64,000 nucleotides of DNA from Dendrobates tinctorius (Eukaryota): the NCBI RefSeq assembly GCF_039654945.1, contig NW_027361695.1:11904001-11968000 (forward strand). Direction: 5' to 3'. Shown in pieces: positions 12,701 through 24,700 of this stretch (its first letter is position 1; each line of letters opens with the position of its first letter). Under the pieces are notes generated by a model. That model ran no database searches. It was not told the origin of the DNA and saw nothing but the letters and a program-made list of their open reading frames with translations. Made by a program: the position numbers and the translations under genes.

Positions 12701-15700
12701 AGTTGGATCAACTTATCTCTGACTCCACAGGAGGAAAGAGCGGGTTTCTCCCTCAACAAAAGGTCAAAACGCTTTTTCATCACCCGTTTCAGGCACGTTT
12801 TCGGGCCTTTTCGCAACCACGGGTGGACTACAGCGGCCATTTCCGCGGCCTCAGGCCACCCCAACCAGGATAGGGAGCGTCAGGTCTCATATAGAGCCAA
12901 CCCATTGGGGAGAATGCGTACTCAGCAGCCCAGATCGAGGGAATCCAGATCCCAAAGATCATCGGCCAAATGACTCGAGGCCTTTACCAGATGACACCAG
13001 CAAGGGGGCGGTCGCCTACTCTGGTTTCACCACGTCTGGGTCAATGTCGCTCACGATGCATGGGTAAAGGAATTGGTGGCCTCCGGTTACAAAATAGAAT
13101 TTGTCAGATACCCTCCAAGACGGTTTTTTCTTTCCCGGCTTCCCAGGGTGGATACCCAGGCAAGGGCTGTATTGGGAGCCATCAAATCGCTCCAGCACAA
13201 TGGAGTCATTGTTCTAGTGCCGGAACACGAAAGCTCAGGGGTTCTATTCCAACCTTTATGCGGTTCCCAAAAAGGACGGGTCTGTCAGGCCTGTTTTGGA
13301 CCTGAAGCTTCTGAACAAATTCATCAGGATCAGACATTTCCAGATGGAGTCTCTCCGTTCAGTCATATCGGCCATGGAGCAGGGAGAATACTTGGCCTCA
13401 ATAGACATCCAGGACGCATATCTGCATATTCCCACTTTTCCTCCTCATCAGAGGTTTCTACGCTTCGCCACCAGCGATCAACATTTTCAGTTCGTAGCGC
13501 TACCCTTCGGGCTAGCCACGGCTCCCAGAGTGTTCACAGAGGTTATGGCAGTTGTCATGGCCATACTGCATTCTCGAGGCATAAGTCGTCTTGCCTTTTC
13601 TGGACAACCTCTTGGTCAAGGGCTCGTCAATACGGGCATGCGAGGGAAATGTCAACATCACGCTAGATACTCTTGCCCGATTAGGATGGTTGGTCAATGC
13701 GAAGAAGTCATCCCTTGTGCCAGCTCAGAGGATCTCCTTCCGAGGAATGAGCTTTGACACTTGCCGAGGGTTAGTAATTCTCCCTCAGGAAAAGGCGCTA
13801 GCTCTCCGGCAGGGAGTCCGGACACTTCGCCAACCAGTCCCTCGTACCATCCGATCCGGGATGAGGATTCTAGGGAAAATGGTGGCAGCAATGGAAGCGA
13901 TACCTTTCGCCCAGTTCCATCTTCGCCCCCTGCAGCGCGCCCTCTTGTCAGCCAGGGACAAGAAGAATCCTTTCACGCTCGATCGGCGGTGCCGACTGTC
14001 CTCTCAAGTCGGGCAGTCGCTCGGATGGTGGATAACCAGTTCCTCTCTGGCCCAGGGGAAACCTTTCCCCCCAGATCATTGGCCGGTAATGACAATCGAC
14101 GCCAGTCTCCTCGGCTGGGGAGCGATGTTTCGCCACCACACAACCCAGGGACGGTGGTCACCACAGGAGGCACGCCTCCCGATAAACTTAATGGAGATAC
14201 GAACAATTCGGCTGGCTCTGCAGAAGTTTCATCACTTTCTAGCAGGCCGCCCCGTCCGGATTCAATCGGACAACGCCACGGCGGTGCCTTACATAAATCA
14301 CTAGGGGGGCACCCGCAGCAGAGCAACCAGGCGTGAGGTGGGGCACGTTTTTTTCAGGGGGCCGAAGCAAACCACTCGGTGATTTCGGCTGTCCACATCC
14401 CGGGCGTGGAAAATTGGGCGGCAGACTTTCTCAGCCTGCAGTGTTGTGAGTTCATTTTCCCCTTCACTACTGAGGCCCGAGGAACTCCCTCTTCTGGTAA
14501 AGAAAGGTAGTGAGCCTGATTATCAAACACCTGAGTCTGATGATGATGACTGGCTGAGTGGAGTTACTGACTGGATATAAGGCTGACGACGCCCTTCTGC
14601 CCTGTGGGTGATTTCTCTGTGGGATCCTTGGAGACCAGTCTGAATTCCTGCTCCTCTAAAGCTAAGTTTTCTGCTCGGCCTTTTGCATTTGTGCTTAGAC
14701 TTTGTTTTGCTTTGTTTTTCTGGATTTCTGCCATTCCCTGCTGGGGTATGCTGAATTCCTTTAGCTCTGTCTTCTGAAAATACTTGAGTGCTGATTTAGT
14801 TTTTGAAGCCTAACTGCTTCAGGGTCTTTTTCATATCAGCTTGTTGGCTTATGTCTTTGAAAGGGTTTTGGCAGATTGCAGACAGCAACCTTCCTTTCCT
14901 GTTCTGTTTAGCTAGCTTGGGCCCCATCGTTTGCTCAGCCTATCTTTCTATCTGTGTGAGTGTTTTTTCATCTTGCTTCACCGTCATTATATGTTGGGGG
15001 CTGCCTTTTACTTTGGGGTCTGCTCTGGGGCAGTTTAGATTTCCTTTTCTGTCTTTAGGCTATTTAGCGCTCCGGCTGTGTTCGAGGGGTCTAGGGCATC
15101 GTAGGAACCCCCCACGGCTACTGCTAGTTGTGTTGATAGGTTCAGGGGTCTGCAATCTGATAGTTGCCAACTTCTCTGGTTTTCTGGACGTAGCTTCTAT
15201 TTTTGTGTCTGCCTCCTACGGTGACTCAATCATAACAGAATCACCCGCCATACCGCAGATCCTAGGGTACTCAATAGCAGGAAAGAATTGTAAAAAAAAA
15301 AAAAAGTGTGTATATTTTTTCCTCTATATCTCTGAGGCCGTAGGGGGAATTTTTTTTCTCTCAATGGAGATAAAGCAATTGTCTGATCGTGTGGAGCAGC
15401 TCGCTGCGGAAGTGCGGGGAATTTCCGCCTACCTTGCTCATTCACATGCTGCTGAACCAAAGATTCCTACACCTGATGTATTTTTTGGGGATCGGTCTAA
15501 ATTTTTGAATTTCAAAAATAATTGTAAATTATTTTTTGCCTTGAAGCCTAACTCGTCAGGGAGCTCCGTGCAGCAGGTTAAAATTGTCATCTCTTTGCTG
15601 CGTGGCGATCCCCAGGATTGGGCGTTTTCTTTGAAACCAGATGATCCTATTCTGACTAATGTGAACGCATTTTTTCAGGCCTTGGGGTTGTTGTATGACG

Positions 15701-18700
15701 AACCTAATGCCATTGATCAGGCTGAAAAGACCCTGCTGGCATTGAACCAGGGTCGTGATTCTGCAGAATTGTACTGTCAAAAATTCCGAAAGTGGGCAGT
15801 ACTTACTACCTGGAATGATAATGCCTTGGCTGCTCTCTTTCGGAAAGGGTTGTCAGAAGCCGTAAAAGATACTATGGTGGGATTTCCTGTTCCCTCTGGT
15901 CTTGACGATTCTATGTCATTAGCCATTCAGGTTGATCGGCGTTTGCGCGAACGCAAAGCTGCTCGAGAGGTGTTGCCACCTGTTGAACAAATGTCTGAAC
16001 CTATGCAATGTGATAGAGTTTTTTCCAGAGAGCAGCGTCAGGAGTTCAGAAGGCGTAATAAGTTGTGTTTTTTCTGTGGAGATGCCTCGCATATTATTTC
16101 TGTCTGTCCTAAACGAGAGAAACGCTTTGCACACACTTTTTCTGTTGGTGGTGTTCAACCTAAGTTTCTTCTGGCTATTACTCTGATCTGCTCCCTGTCC
16201 ACATTTTCCGCCAAGGCTTTTGTGGATTCGGGAGCAGCCCTAAACCTAATGGACTTGGATTTTGCTAAACGTTGTGGATTTCCGATGACACCTCTGCAGA
16301 CGCCTATCCCTTTGAGGGGGATTGATGCTACTCCTTTGGCTAAAAATAAACCTCAGTTTTGGACCCAGGTGGTAATGCGGGTCGCCCCAGACCATCAAGA
16401 AAATTGCAGATTTTTGGTGTTGCATAATCTGCATGATACAATTGTTCTGGGGTTTCCCTGGTTACAAATTCATAATCCAGTTTTGGATTGGAAATCTGTG
16501 TCTGTGGTGAGTTGGGGTTGTCGGTGTGCCTTTAGTGAGGCTCCGGTGTTTTCCACCTCTCCTCAGTCGCATGATGTTCCTGATTATTTGGCGGACTTTT
16601 ATGATGTATTTAGTGAGAATGAGTCTGCGTCTCTGCCTCCTCATAGGAGTTATGACTGTGCAATTGAACTGAGCCCGGGGTGTAAATTTCCCAAGGGTCG
16701 GCTCTTCAATCTATCTGTACCCGAGCACGAGGCTATGCGATCCTATATTAAGGAGGCGTTGGAGAAGGGTCATATTAGACCATCCTCGTCACCCTTAGGT
16801 GCCGGTTTTTTTTTTGTAGCCAAAAAGGATGGATCATTAAGACCTTGTATTGATTATCGTGCCCTCAACAAAATTACTGTTAAATATCAGTATCCGTTAC
16901 CCCTGATTTCTGATCTATTCTCCAGAGTTAAAGGTGCTTGCTGGTTTACCAAGCTTGACCTCAGGGGGGCGTATAATCTTATTCGCATTAAGCATGGGGA
17001 TGAATGGAAGACGGCGTTTAATACTCCGGAGGGACATTTTGAGTACCTGGTGATGCCTTTTGGGCTCACTAATGCCCCTTCTGTCTTCCAGTGCTTCATG
17101 AACGATATTTTCCGAGATTTTGTCGATAAATTTTTGATTATCTATCTGGATGATATTTTGATCTTCTCCAAGGATTGGGATTCTCATGTGGAACATATTC
17201 GGACTGTGTTCCAGATCTTGAGGGAGAATTCCCTGTATGTCAAAGGATCTAAATGCCTTTTTGGAGTACAGAGGATTTCTTTTTTGGGATTTATTTTGTC
17301 CCCGTAAACTATTGAAATGGACCCGGCCAAGGTACAGGCCATTTATGATTGGGTTCATCCCACTTCTTTGAAGGCCCTCCAGAAGTTTTTGGGTTTTGCT
17401 AATTTTTATCGGAAATTTATAGCAAAATTTTCTAGTATTGCCAAGCCATTGACTGATTTGACTAAGAAGGGTGCTGATGTGTTAAATTGGTCTCCGGAGG
17501 CTGTTTCTTCCTTTCAGGAGCTGAAGCGAAGATTCACCTCCGCCCCGGTTTTGCGGCAACCTGATGTCTCACCTCCGTTCCAGGTAGAGGTGGATGCTTC
17601 TGAGATTGGTGCAGGAGCTGTTTTGTCCCAAAAGGATCCTGTAACATCTAAAATGAATCCCTGTGCTTTCTTTTCCCGAAAGTTCTCTCCATCTGAACGT
17701 AACTATGATGTGGGGAATCGGGAACTGTTGGCCATGAAATGGGCATTTGAGGAGTGGAGACATTGGTTGGAGGGAGCTAAGCATCAAGTCGTGGTCCTCA
17801 CTGACCACAAGAATTTGATTTACCTAGAGTCGGCTAAGCGCTTGAACCCTAGACAGGCTAGGTGGGCCTTGTTTTTTACACGTTTTGATTTTGTGGTTTC
17901 TTTTCTTCCTGGAACTAAGAATGTCAAGGCAGACGCCCTCTCTAGGAGCTTCTTTGCTGATTCTCCTGTGGTGACCAAGCCTGCTACCATCTTAGGCGAA
18001 GGGGTAGTTCTTTTTGCCATCTCGCCCGATTTGAGACGTGCTCTGGAAGAGTTCCAGGAGGACAAACCTGAGCGTTGTCCCAGTGGAAAGTTGTATGTTC
18101 CTGACCAGTGGAAGAAGAGAGTGATGTCTGAAGTTCATTGCTCTGCTTTGGCTGGTCATCCAGGTATTTTTGGTACTAGAGATCTAGTGAGTCGGTCTTT
18201 TTGGTGGCCCTCCTTGTCTCGTGATGTCAGGAATTTTGTGCAGTCCTGTGGGACGTGCTCCCGGTCTAAATCGTGTTCTCGCTCTAGTGGGTTGTTGATG
18301 CCTTTGCCTGTCCCCAAGAGGCCATGGACCCATATTTCAATGGATTTCATCTCTGATATGCCTGTCTCTCAAAGGATGACTGTTATTTGGGTGATTTGTG
18401 ATAGGTTCTCTAAGATGGTTCATCTTGTACCACTCCCTAAGTTGCCGTCTTCCTCTGAGTTGGTGCCCCTGTTTTTACAATAGGTGGTTCGCTTGCACGG
18501 GATTCCTGAGAACATTGTATCTGACAGAGGAGTCCAGTTTGTGTCTAGATTTTGGAGAACTTTCTGTTCCAAGCTGGGAATTCAGTTGTCCTTCTCCTCT
18601 GCTTTTCACCCTCAGACCAATGGGCAGACAGAGAGAACAAACCAGACTTTGGAGTCATATTTGAGATGTTTTATTTCTGCTGATCAGGATGATTGGGTTT

Positions 18701-21700
18701 CATTTTTGCCCTTGGCCGAATCTGCTTTAAATAATAGAGCTAGTTCTGCCACTTTGATGTCACCTTTTTTTTTGTAACTTTGGGTTTCATCCTCGATTTT
18801 CTTCAGGGCAGGTGGAGCCCTCTGCCTGCCCAGGTGTTGACACTGTGGTGGAGAGAATGCACCAGATCTGGGACCAAGTGGTGGATAAGTTATCTCTCTC
18901 CCAGGAAAAGGCCCAGCGGTTTTCCAACCGACATAGGACCATTGGTCCCCAGTTTAAGGTTGGTGATATGGTGTGGTTATCATCAAAAAATATTGCTTTG
19001 AAGGTGGCTTCTCCTAAGTTTAAGCCTAGATTTATTGGACCTTACAAGATTTTGGAGATTATTAATCCAGTCTCTTTTCGTTTGGCTCTTCCTGTCACAT
19101 TTAAAATCCATAATGTGTTCCATAAATCTTTGTTGAAGAGGTTTGTTGAACCTGTTGTTCCGGGGGTGGCACCTCCAGACCCTGTATTGGTTGAAGGTAA
19201 CATGGAATATGAGGTAGAGAAAGTACTGGATTCCCATCTGGCTAGACGGAGACTCCAGTATTTGGTTAAGTGGAAGGGTTATGGTCAGGAGGATAATTCC
19301 TGGGTCTCTGCCTCTGATATTCATGCCAAAAGATTGGTGCGTGCCTTTCATCGGGCTCACCCTGATCGCCCTGGTGGCGTGGTGGAGGGTTCGGTGACCC
19401 CTCCTCAAGGGGGAGGTACTGTTGTGAGTTCATTTTCCCCTTCACTACTGAGCCCCGAGGAACTCCCTCTTCTTGTAAAGAAAGGTAGTGAGCCTGATTA
19501 TCAAACACCTGAGTCTGATGATGATGACTGGCTGAGTGGAGTTACTGACTGGATATAAGGCTGCCGACGCCCTTCTGCCCTGCGGGTGATTTCTCTGTGG
19601 GATCCTTGGAGACCAGTCTGAATTCCTGCTCCTCTAAAGCTAAGTTTTCTGCTCGGCCTTTTGCATTTGTGCTTAGACTTTGTTTTGCTTTGTTTTTCTG
19701 GATTTCTGCCATTCCCTGCTGGGGTATGCTGAATTCCTTTAGCTCTGTCTTCTGAAAATACTTGAGTGCTGATTTAGTTTTTGAAGCCTAACTGCTTCAG
19801 GGTCTTTTTCATATCAGCTTGTTGGCTTATGTCTTTGAAAGGGTTTTGGCAGATTGCAGACAGCAACCTTCCTTTCCTGTTCTGTTTAGCTAGCTTGGGC
19901 CCCATCGTTTGCTCAGCCTATCTTTCTATCTGTGTGAGTGTTTTTTCATCTTGCTTCACCGTCATTATATGTTGGGGGCTGCCTTTTACTTTGGGGTCTG
20001 CTCTGGGGCAGTTTAGATTTCCTTTTCTGTCTTTAGGCTATTTAGCGCTCCGGCTGTGATCGAGGGGTCTAGGGCATCATAGGAACCCCCCACGGCTACT
20101 GCTAGTTGTGTTGATAGGTTCAGGGGTCTGCAATCTGATAGTTGCCAACTTCTCTGGTTTTCTGGACGTAGCTTCTATTTTTGTGTCTGCCTCCTACGGT
20201 GACTCAATCATAACACTGCAGGGTCTTGCATCCGGAGAGTGGTCTCTACATCCTGAAGTTTTTCAGCAGATTTGTCAACTGTGGGGAGCTCCGGATGTGG
20301 ACCTGATGGCTTCCAGAGTGAATGCCAAGGTCCCCACATACGTCACTCGGGCCAGGGACCCGCAGGCATTCGTGGTGGACGCGTTGGTTCTGCCATGGAT
20401 CCAGTTTCGCCTCCCATATCTATTTCCCCCACTGCCACTACTTCCGAGAGTCATCAAAAGGATCAAGACGGAAGGGGTGCCGGAGATTCTGCTGACACCA
20501 GACTGGCCCCGTCGAGAGTGGTACGCAGATCTAATGCAGCTGCTCGCCGACATTCCTTGGCGCCTGCCAGAGCGCCCAGATCTACTGTCTCAAGGGACGA
20601 TTTGTCACCCGAACTCAGGGACCCTGTGTTTTGACGGCATGGCCGTTGGGTCTTGGATTCTAACCCAGGCAGGGTTCGGGAGCGAGGTGGTCGCTACAAT
20701 GATTAGCGCCCGGAAGCCTGCTTCAGCACGAATTTACCACCACACCTGGAAGGTGTTCTTTGCTTGGTGTCGAGGCCGCGGTGTTTCTCCTCAGAGATAC
20801 TCGATCCCCATCATCTTGGCTTTTTTCCAGTCGGGCTTAGACTCGGGCCTTACCCCAAGTTCCCTCAGGAGACAAATATGGGCCTTATCCGTCCTGTTCC
20901 AGTGCAGAATTGCTACCAATTTGCAGGTGAAGACTTTCATTCAGGGAGTCTCCCACTTGGTACCTCCCTATAAGGCGCCTATGGACGCCTGGGACCTTAA
21001 CATGGTCCTAAGTGTTCTCCAGGAAGCTCCATTTGAACCGCTTCAGGATATCTCTTTAAGATACCTTTCCTGGAAAGTGGTGTTCCTAGTGGCCATCACT
21101 TCCATCAGGCGGGTTTCAGAGCTGGCGGCCCTATCCTGCCAAGCTCCGTTCCTCACTTTCCATAAGGATAAGGAGGTCATCAGACCAGCCCCTCCTTTTC
21201 TGCCCAAAGTGGTGTCCTCTTTTCACCTTAATGAAGATGTGGTTTTGCCTTCATTTTGTCCAGCATCGGTGCACCGTGTGGAAAAGGCTCTTCACACGTT
21301 AGACCTGGTAAGAGCCAGAGGTACGTGTCGCGGACGGCACCCTTTCGTCAGACGGACACGCTGTTTGTGCTCCCCGAAGGGCGCAGGAAGGGACTCGCTG
21401 CCTCAAAATCGACCATAGCCAGATGGATTCGTTTGACTATTCAGGAGTCCTAGAATCATAGAATCATAGAATCGTAGAGTTGGAAGGGACTTCCTGGGCC
21501 ATCTGGTCCAACCCCCTGCTCAAAGCAGGATTCGCTAAATCATCCCAGTCAGATGTCTGTCCAGCCTCTGTTTGAAGACTTCCATTGAAGGAGAACTCAC
21601 CACTTCTCGTGGCAGCTTGTTCCACTCATAGATCACTCTAACTGTCAAAAAGTGTTTTCTAATATCTAATCTGTGTCTCATTAGAGGCATGCCGATTCCA

Positions 21701-24700
21701 GCAGGGATCAGAGCGCACTCTACTCGGGCAGTGGGCGCTATTATGATTGCGTCACCGAGGAGGAAAAAACAAAAATGCAAGCTCAGCCCAGAAGATCAGA
21801 GAGGTTGGAAACTAGCGGATTGCAGACCCCTAATCCTATCACACAACTAGCAGTAGCCGTGGAGTGTTCCTACGGTGATCCTAGACACCTCGTCACAGCC
21901 GGAGATCTAAATAAGCCTAAAGAGAGAAAAGGGAAAAACTGACTGCCCCAGAGCAGACCCCAAAGCAATAGGCAGCCCCCAACATATAATGACGGTGAAG
22001 CAAGATGAAAACACTAACACAGATAGAAAGATAGGATGAGCAAACAATGGGGCCCAAACTAACTAAAAAGGACAGGACAGAAAAGCTGCTGTCTGCAATC
22101 CGAGAAAACCCTGCTAAAAATATTACCAACACAACTGATAAGCAAAAAGGACCCTGAAGTCACTAGACTTCAAACCCTATATCAGCACTCAGAATATTCT
22201 GAAAGCAGAGCAAAAGAGAACACTGATCAAGGAATAAGAATCCAGCACACCCCCAGCCGGGGATGGCTGAATTCCAAAACAAGGTAAACAAAACCAAAAC
22301 TAATAAGTTCAATAGCAGAGCAAAAACTTATCTTTGGGAAGTAGGAATCAGACTGGTCTCCAAGAATCCAGCAGAGAATTCACCAGCCACTCAGAAGGGC
22401 GTCGGCTGCCTTATATCCAGTCTGAAGTTCCTGTTACCCAGTCACAATCCACCTGATCAGGTGTTTGGTTTCTTTCATCCAAATCATCCTCACTACCTTC
22501 CTTCACCAGAAGAGGGAGATCCTCGGACACAAAATGTGAATGAACAGATGAGCTCACAACAGGGCGCCTCTTGGGTGCTTCGGCACCAGGCTTCGACGGA
22601 ACAGGTTTGCAAGGCAGCAACCTGGCCCAGCCTGCACGCTTTTGCCAAACATTATAATATCCATACTCAGGCCTCAGCGAATGCGAGCCTGGGTAGGATT
22701 CTCCAAGCAGCGGTGGCGCACCTTTAAACAAGAGGTGCATGTAGCTTGGATCGGTGAGTCAATCTCCAACCCAGGGACTGCTTTAGGACGTCCCACAGTA
22801 TCTGTCCCCCCCAATGAGGCGATGGAGAAACATGGATTTTTGTGATAACTCACCGTAAAATCCTTTTCTCCGAGACGCTGATTGGGGGACACAGCACCCA
22901 CCCTATTAGCCAGTTGGCTCTTGTTTTGTTTAAATTAATTTACTTATTTGATATAAGAGTGGTGTTTTCTCTGGACATGTTGTACCTTTATTAAGGCTGA
23001 TTTTGTTGTCCTCCTACTGCTTTGGCACCAAACTGATTTCCGCCCACAATAGGGGCGAGGAGCTAACCTCTTTTTTTCACTTAGTGTCAGCCTCCTAGGG
23101 GCAGAGGCATACACCCACAGTATCTGTGTCCCCCAATAAGCGTCTCGGAGAAAAGGATTTTACTGTGAGTTATCACAAAAATCCATGTTTCACAAGTGCT
23201 GTTCCTCAATTCTGTTCCTCCCATTCTGTATATGTAATTTTCATTTTTCTTGCCCAGATGTAGAATCTTGCATTTCTCCCTGTTAAATACCATTCTATTA
23301 GTTGCTGCCCATTGTTCAAGCTTATCTAGATCCTTCTGAATTCTTACTGTCTTCTGTAGTGTTGGCTATCCCTCATAGCTTTTCATCGTCTGTAAATTTG
23401 GTTAGTTTACCTCCAGTTCCCTTATCTAGATAATTTATGAAAATGTTGAACAACGCAGGGGCTGGGGCCAGGACAGAGCCTTTTGGTACCCCACTTGAAA
23501 CACTTTTCCAATTGGATGTGCAACCATTTATCACCACTCTGAGTACGATCACTGAGCCAGTTATGAATCCACCTAACCATAGTCTTGTCAATCCCATACT
23601 TGGTCTTTTTTTCAATTAAAATAGTATGAGATACTTTATCAAATGCTTTGCTGAAGTCGAGATATAGTATATCTACCGCATTTCCCTGATCCACCTCGTC
23701 ATTGATTCCATCATAGAAGGAAATTAGATTAGTCTGGCATGACTTGTTTGCTAGAAACCCATGCCGGCTCTTGTTAATTACTGTATTCTTATACAAATAC
23801 TTACATACATGCTGTTTTCCTGGTATAGAAGTAAGGCTCACTAGCCTGTAATTTCCTGGCTCCATCTTCTTTCCTTTTTAGAAGATAGGGACAACATTTC
23901 CCTTCTCCAATCTTCTCAGACTTTTCCTGTTCTCCAGGACTTTTCAAAGATTCTGGCTAGTGTCTCTACAATTTCTTCTACGATATCTTTCAGTACCCTA
24001 GGATGTAATTCATCTGGACCAGGAGATTTAAATTCATGTAAATTAGCTAAGTGTTCCCTCACTATCTCTCTGTTTATGGATAGTGTGGATTTTTTTATTG
24101 CTTTGATGGCACCGTGAAGATCATCTGACGTTAAGTGTTTTCTTAGAGAACACAGATGTAAAAATAGAAATTTAAAGGAAACCTGTCACCTGTTTTGTCC
24201 GCTATGAGATCCAATCATCGCCTTTCAGGTCTTATCTACAGCATTCTATAATGCTGTAGGTAAGCCCCCAGTCCAACCAGAAAGATAAGAAAAATAACCT
24301 TTATTATTCTCACCCGGGGGGCGGGCCGCTCCGATGGGTGTCGCAGGTCCGGGTCCGACGCCTCCCATCTTTCTGCAGTGCCGCCCTCCTGCTTGCTTCA
24401 TGGTTCCCCAGCATTGCACTTCTGCGCAGACGTACTTCTCTGCCCTGTTGAGGGCAGAGCAAAGTACTGCACTGCGCAGGGACTGGAAAAGGCCTGAAGT
24501 CCTCGCTGGTCTTCATACTCTTGTAATCCAAAATTCGAGGATAGCTTGATTGCTGCCTCCTAAATTCCCGTCCACTTTTACTTCCTCAACTATTTCTTCC
24601 CTGTTGGTAACAGTTAGGTCCAAGGTTGCTGATCCCCTTGTTTTCCCTTCCAACTTTTGAAAGATAAAGTTGTCAGTGAGAGAAGATAAGAATTTTCTGG

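Larger units (their letters stand above)
14442..20215 (+). mobile_element. Full-length Ty3/Gypsy chromovirus (Tf1/sushi group) LTR retrotransposon
   Basis: 796-bp TG...CA LTRs at 14442-15237 and 19420-20215 (about 6 differences by eye); TSD CTGCAG; PPT aagggggagg at ~19408; gag-PR-RT-RH-IN-chromodomain. Confidence 0.97.
20216..22727 (+). pseudogene. DIRS methyltransferase-like domain and tyrosine recombinase (interrupted by CR1 fragment and solo LTR)
   Basis: PDVDLMAS...YLFPP...PDWPRREWY (MT-like). YR catalytic motifs [13 protein letters not shown] (21714-21728) and FAKHY. Confidence 0.9.
10412..23191 (+). mobile_element. Full-length, degenerate DIRS1-type tyrosine-recombinase retrotransposon (with three nested insertions)
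   Basis: 5' ITR ~10412-10552 is inverted at ~23030-23137, followed by a right extension to 23190. ICR at 22792-22894. Gag, RT, RNase H, methyltransferase-like and YR coding remnants lie in DIRS order. TTTC occurs at both junctions. Confidence 0.95.

Noticed and set aside
14803-15363. Hydrophobic N-terminal extension of the 834-aa ORF (env-like?)
   Set aside because: Lies in LTR U5/leader, starts at a non-ATG codon, and the 3' LTR has TGA in this frame; gag more plausibly starts at ATG 15364.
15364-19558. Domesticated sushi-derived gene (PEG10/RTL1-like)
   Set aside because: Has two near-identical LTRs, a TSD and disabling mutations, so it is an ordinary recent insertion.
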